Below the pieces are notes generated by a model. The model ran no database searches and was not told the DNA's origin. It saw nothing but the letters and a program-made list of their open reading frames with translations. DNA of 32,000 bases from Pyrobaculum calidifontis JCM 11548. Lineage in GTDB: Archaea; Thermoproteota; Thermoprotei; Thermoproteales; Thermoproteaceae. Positions 5,454-12,416 of the stretch are shown in pieces. The DNA lies in contig NC_009073.1 in the NCBI RefSeq assembly GCF_000015805.1, positions 180,001-212,000 on the forward strand, given 5' to 3'. A program made the translations under genes and the position numbers. Position 1 is the first letter of the stretch, and the number at the start of each line of letters is the position of its first letter.

Positions 5454-8400
5454 CTAGACTTGGGAGTAATAAAGCTTATACGCCGCCTTAAGCACTTCGT
5501 CGGTAATGCAGTTGCCTACGGTCGTTTCCTCCAGCGCCTTGGCCAATTCACGGAACAAGCGGCCGTGGAGACCATTACTCGATGAACCATGCCTAGACGT
5601 CACCTTCGCCAGGTTAAGACCCCACTCCTCGCCTCTCTCACAATAGGCCAGGCCAACTAGGGCAGATAAGAAGAGCTTCCCAGAATCTAACGTGGTCCAA
5701 GTCAACGCCTTTTCTGCCTCTTGGCCATACTTCTCTTCAATAGACCTCGTGGCGGCTTCGGCATCGCCTTCGGCAAATAGGCCGGCATCAACCGCCTCGT
5801 ACAACACTTCGACAAACTTTGGCAGATTAGCCCTGGCCCACTCGGGGAGGTACTCCACGGCCTTTCCCAAATACCTTCCATCTAAGAGGGAGAGGACGCC
5901 GTAGGTGAGGGCCGATGCGTCGAGGTCGCGCTCTAACGCCCACCCCCACTCCTCCAACACCTTCTTTACGTCGCTGAGGCGGCCCACAGAGGCCAGGGCC
6001 ACTACATAGTGGCCAAGCGCGTTGGCAATCGCCTCTACGCCAAGACTGTTAACGTCTTGCAACGCCCTCAGCCATGCCCTTTCAAACTCTTCAACGGGAG
6101 GGGCACCCTCTTTAACAGCCTTTAGCCTCGCCAACAGACTACACGATGCGACTTCATAGTATACTTCCCCAGACTCCATAGCCAGTTCGTATGACAATTT
6201 TGCATGTTTTGCGGCTTTCTCTAAGTCGTCAGCGACCATATAAGCGAAGGCCACGTGATAGTGGACATATGCGCTGAGACCACTAAGCTCCTTCCTCAGG
6301 TCTGGCCTTATTTGCATCACCCTCAGATACTCCCACAACTTCTCCTCAGTTGACACTCTGTCTTCAGTGTAGGATCGCTTAAGCTCTTCCAACGCTCCCA
6401 CCGCTTTGTCTGCAAATTTCTCCGCTTTGCTTACTTCGTCAAATAGAGAATACCAATAGGCAAGCCGCGGATGTAAAAGCGCTACGGCATACGCTTTTTC
6501 AACATCGTTAAGTCGTGATACAAACTCCTCCACGCGTTTAGCCAGTTCTTTAAACGTCTCCCATGGCTCTACCTGCGTGTTCAACGACCCAGCGGCAACA
6601 ATAAGTCCCACTGGCGAGACAAGTGCGTAGAGGAGCGTGTTGAGGAGCCACAACTTGGCAACGTTGGAACCTGCGTTGTATAATGCGGCAAAGCGTTGAG
6701 CCAGAGGCGCTTGACTGTCTTTTGCAATCGTGAAAAAGAATAGCAGACCAACAGGCGAGCTTCTGGCAACGTTGTGAGTCGCCATAGCTAGCCAGTCGGC
6801 AAGCCGCGAAGACGCCCTCCCACTTTCGACTCTGCGCCAAGCCTCAGCGAGCGGCGGCTCTACACCGTGTAAAAGTTGTGTTGAGACGCTTGCAAATCTT
6901 CCAAATACATAATCGAGCAGTCTTACGACATTCTCTAGCTCCTCGTCTGTGGCGTTACTCCAGTCGCCAGTTGCCGCAATACCCACGGCTCGCCAAAGGT
7001 CTACATGAGTATAGAAACCTCTTTCCTCAACCTCCTTTGCGATTACCACGGCCCTCTTGGCCAGTTTCCTACTCCCCTCCTTCAGATTAAAGAAAAGGTA
7101 TGGCCCCACAGCGTTGGTTCTTTCATCGCCAACAAAGAACCAATCTTCCAGTGGCTTCAGCAAGCGGCTCCAGTCTGGCAATACCGCCAGTCCATATAGT
7201 GCCGACAAGATGTCCAACTCGTCTACGACGCTTTCGACTATCTCAATGCCCCAGGGCGTCTTAGTCTCATATCTTATCTTCCAGCGCCCGTCCTCGGCTA
7301 CACCGTTGAAGGCTTGTAGGAAGTTGTCGATGAGGTAGTCTATTTGCCGCATGCCAGCGGGCCCAGGGGCTTTGAACTTTTCTGCGATAACCTTGGCGTA
7401 CTCCACTGCCATCTCCTCTATTCCGCTGTACCTCCTCCGCGGGACCCCTACAAGTGCCTCCGCACAAATCTCCACGAGGCGGCACGGCCCCTCCGCGCTA
7501 CCCTGGCACAGCTCGTCGTCTCCAACGCCGAACCGCCTATAGACGGCGCCGTGGGCCACCTTTCGTATTGTCTCGTAGAGAGTGCCGTGTAGCGGCTGAG
7601 AAAACCACAGCACTACCGCCTCCTCTGGCTCTTTGCCGAATACCCTTATGACGGCCTTTGCCAGCTTGGGTGGGTGTGGGCCAAAGAGGCCGGTGGCGAG
7701 GATTAGGGGCGCAACTTGCCTGGCAGTTGCCTCATCGCCTCCCAACACCACGTGCCAGAGGTAGGCGAGCGCCAGAGAGTAGACGTCCAGCCTCTTCACC
7801 GCCTCTGCCACCTTCGCCGGGTCTCTCCACTCCTCGTAAAGCGCTCTTGCCAAGGCGGCGGCAACGGCGTAGAACTCGCCCCTGTACCGCTCAAGGACGG
7901 CCTCAGCCACGGCGTCGGGCACGCCCCTCAAAATCCCCCTCACAAGGGCCTCGGCCTCGCCGCCCATACAAACCGCCTCAGCGCCCACGAGGTTGGCCAC
8001 GTCCTCGTAGGCCCGGTAGTCCTCCTCAGTGAGAACCACTACAGTGGGCACTCTGAGGAGGGCCGCGTCGTGTAGAAAGTCGGCAAGGGGCTTGGCATGG
8101 GCCATGGCGCTGTACATCACATCTATGCCCTCACCACGTCTCCTGTATCCCCCGACCTCAAGTGTGTCGTAGTAGAGGACTGGGACAAAGGGCCCATCCC
8201 GTAGCCGCGCAGCCGCCCTCAGGGCCTCTTTCCAGTCCTCGCCCACTCGCACCACTACCACCGCTCTGTCCGGTTGGGCTTTCGCGAAGTCGTATATGGC
8301 CTTGAGGGCTACTGTGCTCTTCCCAACGCCCCTCGGCCCACACACCACTACGACGCGGCCGCTGGAGAGGGCCCGGCGCACTTCGTCCTCAACCCCCACC

Positions 8401-8873
8401 TCCACGTACTCCACAGGTCCGAAGGGACTATTCACGAGGAGGCGGCCGCCCTCCTCCACGAACACTTGCCCAAGGTCGAGGAGGTGGGGGCTAAGCCGCC
8501 TCAACAGTTCGAGGCCCTCCCCGAGCCGTTTCAATCTCTCCTCCAGCTTGGCGAGGTCTACCTCGGGCAGTGCGGCCAAGTTTTTGACGAGTGTCCTAAG
8601 CCACTCCTCGCTTACCCCGAGCTTCTCCGCCGCCCTCTTGACCTCCTCGTCGCACCGCCCTGTGCTCTTCGCGGCCTTTATGAGCTCCACGAGCTCACCC
8701 GCGAGACCGGGCCTGCTTAGGTCAGCCACAAGCTCCGCGACCTCCGCGAGGGAAGAGACAAACGGCAAGGCCCCCGCCAGAAGCTTGACAACCTTAAAAA
8801 AGCGATCCCCTCTCTCCGTCAACAGCCGGCCAAGAGGCCCCGCCGCCAGCCTCTCATAAAACTCACAGGACAT
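5454..8873 (-). CDS. large P-loop NTPase with N-terminal helical domain and C-terminal TPR-like helical repeats (STAND-like architecture)
   Basis: An uninterrupted 1139-aa ORF. Walker A GPRGVGKST is encoded at 8313-8339 (aa 179-187). Candidate Walker B is VLYYD (aa 233-236) or VVVLTEED (aa 278-285). About 170 aa of helical, Leu/Glu-rich sequence precede the P-loop. About 800 aa of helical-repeat-like sequence follow (e.g. VHYHVAFAYMVADDLEKAAKHAKLSYELAMESGEVYYEVASCSLLARL). TATA-like cttttaaa (complement of 8895-8902) is about 25 nt upstream of ATG 8873. Confidence 0.85.
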   Translation of the reverse strand: MSCEFYERLAAGPLGRLLTERGDRFFKVVKLLAGALPFVSSLAEVAELVADLSRPGLAGELVELIKAAKSTGRCDEEVKRAAEKLGVSEEWLRTLVKNLAALPEVDLAKLEERLKRLGEGLELLRRLSPHLLDLGQVFVEEGGRLLVNSPFGPVEYVEVGVEDEVRRALSSGRVVVVCGPRGVGKSTVALKAIYDFAKAQPDRAVVVVRVGEDWKEALRAAARLRDGPFVPVLYYDTLEVGGYRRRGEGIDVMYSAMAHAKPLADFLHDAALLRVPTVVVLTEEDYRAYEDVANLVGAEAVCMGGEAEALVRGILRGVPDAVAEAVLERYRGEFYAVAAALARALYEEWRDPAKVAEAVKRLDVYSLALAYLWHVVLGGDEATARQVAPLILATGLFGPHPPKLAKAVIRVFGKEPEEAVVLWFSQPLHGTLYETIRKVAHGAVYRRFGVGDDELCQGSAEGPCRLVEICAEALVGVPRRRYSGIEEMAVEYAKVIAEKFKAPGPAGMRQIDYLIDNFLQAFNGVAEDGRWKIRYETKTPWGIEIVESVVDELDILSALYGLAVLPDWSRLLKPLEDWFFVGDERTNAVGPYLFFNLKEGSRKLAKRAVVIAKEVEERGFYTHVDLWRAVGIAATGDWSNATDEELENVVRLLDYVFGRFASVSTQLLHGVEPPLAEAWRRVESGRASSRLADWLAMATHNVARSSPVGLLFFFTIAKDSQAPLAQRFAALYNAGSNVAKLWLLNTLLYALVSPVGLIVAAGSLNTQVEPWETFKELAKRVEEFVSRLNDVEKAYAVALLHPRLAYWYSLFDEVSKAEKFADKAVGALEELKRSYTEDRVSTEEKLWEYLRVMQIRPDLRKELSGLSAYVHYHVAFAYMVADDLEKAAKHAKLSYELAMESGEVYYEVASCSLLARLKAVKEGAPPVEEFERAWLRALQDVNSLGVEAIANALGHYVVALASVGRLSDVKKVLEEWGWALERDLDASALTYGVLSLLDGRYLGKAVEYLPEWARANLPKFVEVLYEAVDAGLFAEGDAEAATRSIEEKYGQEAEKALTWTTLDSGKLFLSALVGLAYCERGEEWGLNLAKVTSRHGSSSNGLHGRLFRELAKALEETTVGNCITDEVLKAAYKLYYSQV

Positions 8874-9184
8874 TTAGGTCGGACAGAATAGTCGTTTAAA
8901 AGTGCATCGTAATGGCGTTTTACCAAGGCTAGTCGCTTATACTCTGATCGTGGAGATAGCGCTTTAAGCGTTGCAAGAATAAACGTGGGAAATTATTCAA
9001 CACGAAATTTAGATGAGACCACGAGCACTCAGTTCTCTTCTCGCCGTGGTTACTGCAAGGGCGACGAAGAGGGGACGCGTTAACGCGGCGAGGGGGCCGA
9101 ATAAGCCGTTGAAAAACGCCTTGAAGCCTCAGCCGTGCCGTCCGCACAACACTTTACGGCGACGTCTACGAACAAGTCGACTAG

Positions 9185-9448
9185 GCCGCCGGGTTCCACG
9201 AGGCCCCAATCACCTCTTCACAGCCGCCAGATGCGGCCACGAGACTACAGATACAGAAGTATACGGTTAAGGCGGATAGGCCGCTCAACGACCTTGAGAG
9301 GAGGATCGCGGCCGGCCTTCTCTATGCGGCTAGGCTTGAGGGGGACCCGAGGCTGTACATCTTGGACGACGCGTACGGCTTTCTCGCGGTGGAGGAGTTT
9401 CTGAGGGAGTGGCTGGCCGTGGCGAGGCCGTACGTCGTCGCGGTAAAC
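9185..9448 (+). pseudogene. coding-like ORF remnant lacking any ATG/GTG/TTG start
   Basis: The frame is open from the stop at 9182-9184 to TAA 9449-9451. It translates to ...YTVKADRPLNDLERRIAAGLLYAARLEGDPRLYILDDAYGFLAVEEFLREWLAVARPYVVAVN, which is protein-like. There is no canonical start before codon TTG 9362. The other two frames here are Arg/Pro-rich junk. Confidence 0.3.
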
Positions 9449-9622
9449 TAATACCCAGACGTGGACATGTTGCTGGCCTTCCAGCCTATAGTCATTGCCC
9501 CAGGAGCCGCGCCCTACTACCGCGCGCCGACCCCCGCCACTACGTTGTACAGCAAACCACAAGCCAATAGCCAAAATACCCCTCCACGAGATTAAGCGGC
9601 TGGCCCAATGACCCCCTTTCTC

Positions 9623-10225
9623 CTACTTATCTTGCTGACCGCCCCCGCCCTCCCTGCTACACTGAGGCGATGGCTCTGCCTTACGTTCACTTTGTCCAAA
9701 CAGCGATTGAAGTGCTGGAAGAGACGCTCCGACAAGAGTTATACCACCTAACAAGAAGTTAAGTAATATTCCGATATAGAAACTTGTAATATCTCTAAAA
9801 TCGTTAGCAATGTCTGTGTCTGTTAAGTCAATAATCAAGTTGGTAACCATAATAAAAAGCGTCGCCACCAATCCTGAAGAAGTAAAAGAAGCCCCCCATA
9901 CGAAGAATACTAGCATAGGTCTCGAAGACGCTTCTATTTTCTTACTGCTTATTCTCTCGGAGAGCTCATAGTACGTTATATAGAAAACCATTAAGAATAA
10001 AAACAAAATTATCATCTCCAAGTATGCTCGAGGCGTTAATACAAAAGATCGAGATAAACCAATGATTACGATCATGGCTAGTATAACAAAACCTATGAAA
10101 GTAATCTCAAGGAGATGCTTTACAGCCCACCTTATTATTTTACTATCATATGCGCCTCTAGACATGTCGAGTTTTTTAAGTTTCGGTATATAAGGCTTAA
10201 ACTCGGAGAGGATACAGTCAGCCAT
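9623..10225 (-). CDS. small polytopic membrane protein, strongly AT-rich
   Basis: A 200-aa ORF with 4-5 hydrophobic segments (ITFIGFVILAMIVIIGL, MIILFLFLMVFYITYY, LVFFVWGASFTSSGLVATLFIMV, FYIGILLNFLLGGITLVGA) and a charged C-terminal tail. Hand-counted lines are 27% GC (9961-10020) and 30% GC (9781-9840), against 55-70% in neighbouring genes. Confidence 0.7.
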   Translation of the reverse strand: MADCILSEFKPYIPKLKKLDMSRGAYDSKIIRWAVKHLLEITFIGFVILAMIVIIGLSRSFVLTPRAYLEMIILFLFLMVFYITYYELSERISSKKIEASSRPMLVFFVWGASFTSSGLVATLFIMVTNLIIDLTDTDIANDFRDITSFYIGILLNFLLGGITLVGASLPALQSLFGQSERKAEPSPQCSREGGGGQQDK

Positions 10226-10638
10226 TTACTTCTTGCAAAGGTTAAGGTAGCGCCTGGCAAGGGGAAATGGGACTCGTGTCTAGAATCTGCGACGAGGACG
10301 GCTCTGCCTGGGAATTTGGCCCTGGAGCGGATAACCAATAGGCTGGGTATCTAGTCTTTTTGGTTATTAATACCCAGACTTCGTTAGTATTAGACAAAAG
10401 CCGTGGTGCGGCACTTCGCTCCCTCTTTGGCCAGCTGGAGATAGCGACATCTTGTCTCTGGTCATGAGGTGACAAAGAGAAAGAGCGATGTGCCTGGTGT
10501 TTCATTGTCAAATGGAGGCACCACTCTGCCCAGCCATCCAGCTCGTCATCGCTCTCTACCCCGGCGCCTTTCATCTCTTTGATCTAAGTTTATCACTGAA
10601 ATTCTAGCAAATTTAAATTTTCTCGTTTTTAGCAGTAT

Positions 10639-12069
10639 GTGGGGGGTTGTTTTCCCACCGAGGGCGATTTCGCGATCTTAGAACTCGTCGAGGTGAAAAA
10701 GCGCTATCCCATTGTCAAAATTAACGCGGTGCCCTACCTCGTGGAGGCCGTCCACAGATACTTCAAAGAGGCTGAGGGGCGCGGCTGTGTAGTGGACGAG
10801 GGGCTTAAGCGCTACGTGGCCGAGAGGATTAGGTCGTTGCTTGAGAAACACGGCGTCGACTTACGCACCATGTTGACCTACGACCTACACGGCGTGAACA
10901 AGGACGTGTTAGACGTCTTAAAAATGCTAGGCCTAGAACAAGCGCCACCGCCGAGGCCCACCGCCGCACCCCATCTCCCAGTTCCCAAAAAGTCCCGCGC
11001 CGCTGTCAGCGCCCCGCCGCCTCCCCCGCCTTCTCCACAGTCGGCGAAACCCATACTCCCGCCCCCAATGCCGCCGCGTGGCTACAAGCCCCCACAGCGC
11101 CGTCGAAATGGCGTTGATATTAGCTTCGCGCTCAAGTTCTTCGCCTTTGTCGCCGCGGTGATTGTGGCCGCTGTTGGTCTCCCCATGCTCTACCTAATCG
11201 TGTTTGAACACGCCACCATAACCCCTACCTTCGCCAACACGTTGGACGACCCCGCTGTCAGGGTCGCCTTCGAGACGTTGAACCGTTACAGGGTGGAGAA
11301 CGGTCTCCCGCCCCTGGAGTTCATTACGCTGAAGACGCCGCTGTTTAGGGCCGAGTACATCTACAACCACAGCCGCATGAGACACTACGATGTCGAGGGA
11401 AGACACCCCAACTACTACTACACCCTCCTAGACGGCGGCGTCTATGCAGTGGAGGAGAACTTGGCGAAGACGATGTGTGGGCCGTGTATTGCAAGAGACG
11501 TCGTTAAGCAAATCTACGCCATGGTCTACGACGACTGGCTCAGCTTATGGGGGCACAGGGACTCGTTACTAGACCCCTGCAACAACAAGGTCTCCATAGC
11601 CGTGGCGCGGGACTTCAACACTATCTACACCGTGGTCTACATGGTGGCTGTGTGGGCCAATTGGATTGAGCCGCCGCGCTACTACAACGGCACCTTCTCC
11701 TTCAAGGGCTACGTCTACCTCCCGCCTAGGGGCAACTTCTATGAAATATTCATATACCGAGACGTGCCGAGCCCACTGAAGTACGACGACGTCTCCTACA
11801 ATATAGGCGAGCCGTATGCCGCCGTCCTGCCGCCCACCGTCTCCATTGAGTATTTAAACGTCACCAACATACGGGCAGATCGCTACGTCTTAAGACGCGA
11901 GGGAGATAGGTGGTACGTAGATGTGGCTTTCCGCTTTGAGCCGCCAGACAACGCCCTTTACACCGTGGTAATGTTTGCAAACTCGACGGGGGTCAAGTGG
12001 GAGCCTAAGTCGCCATGGGGTTGGGATAGACTACGCAGATGTGAAATTTTTGAATACACCATCGGCTAG
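10639..12069 (+). CDS. membrane-anchored CAP/SCP (PR-1/YkwD-like) domain protein with cytoplasmic N-terminal domain and Pro-rich linker
   Basis: GTG 10639 is about 24 nt downstream of atttaaat (10611-10618). The layout is an N-terminal ~100-aa soluble domain, a Pro-rich linker (APPPRPTAAPHLP...PPPPPPSPQ), one TM (FAFVAAVIVAAVGLPMLYLIVF), then CAP-family motifs: LNRYRVENGLPPLEF, VEENLAK, WGHRDSLLDPCNNKVSIAV. Confidence 0.8.
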   Translation: MGGCFPTEGDFAILELVEVKKRYPIVKINAVPYLVEAVHRYFKEAEGRGCVVDEGLKRYVAERIRSLLEKHGVDLRTMLTYDLHGVNKDVLDVLKMLGLEQAPPPRPTAAPHLPVPKKSRAAVSAPPPPPPSPQSAKPILPPPMPPRGYKPPQRRRNGVDISFALKFFAFVAAVIVAAVGLPMLYLIVFEHATITPTFANTLDDPAVRVAFETLNRYRVENGLPPLEFITLKTPLFRAEYIYNHSRMRHYDVEGRHPNYYYTLLDGGVYAVEENLAKTMCGPCIARDVVKQIYAMVYDDWLSLWGHRDSLLDPCNNKVSIAVARDFNTIYTVVYMVAVWANWIEPPRYYNGTFSFKGYVYLPPRGNFYEIFIYRDVPSPLKYDDVSYNIGEPYAAVLPPTVSIEYLNVTNIRADRYVLRREGDRWYVDVAFRFEPPDNALYTVVMFANSTGVKWEPKSPWGWDRLRRCEIFEYTIG

Positions 12070-12416
12070 GCTTGTCCTCTTTGCCTACCCCTTCCTCATT
12101 TAAAGACGTTGGCACCGTGGAGTACTTCAGAGGACAGCGCCAAACAGCGGAGGCGCTCATAGTTGTTCAACTCATATAGGCGTAGTGGGTGGGGTATGCA
12201 GGTAGCCGTGGCGCTGGGGTAAGGGTAGAAGGCCGACGACGTGGATAAGCTGAAGGGGCGTGGGTGGATCAGGGGCTAAAAGACGCTGCGGCAAACCTCA
12301 GTGGGCAGTCGTGATGGCGGCCATGGCCCGGCTAGAGAAACTCGCGAAAGAGTTTAGGAGGTCTCTGTACGAGTACCGGTTGGTAATGGTTATAAAGAAT
12401 GTTGCTCGGTACTACC

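Noticed and set aside
7658-8859. Plus-strand ORFs (124, 119, 148 and 187 aa) inside the NTPase gene.
   Set aside because: Their Arg/Pro/Ser-rich low-complexity translations are antisense to a continuous 1139-aa ORF with a bona fide P-loop.
9449-10380. 12-nt direct repeat taatacccagac (9449-9460 and 10369-10380) flanking the AT-rich membrane gene, as possible insertion target duplication or att sites.
   Set aside because: In 32 kb, roughly 30 exact 12-mer pairs are expected by chance (about 5e8 pairs divided by 4^12). The left copy is separated from the AT-rich segment by about 170 bp of GC-rich DNA, and no recombinase is present. It is worth rechecking only if strain comparison shows an indel with these ends.
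10641-10646. G6 homopolymer directly after the CAP-gene start codon, as a slipped-strand phase-variation switch.
   Set aside because: G6 or C6 runs (Gly-Gly codons) are frequent throughout this window, for example at 16749, 18530, 18651, 20536, 23207, 23285 and 24590. This one is therefore not distinctive without population data.
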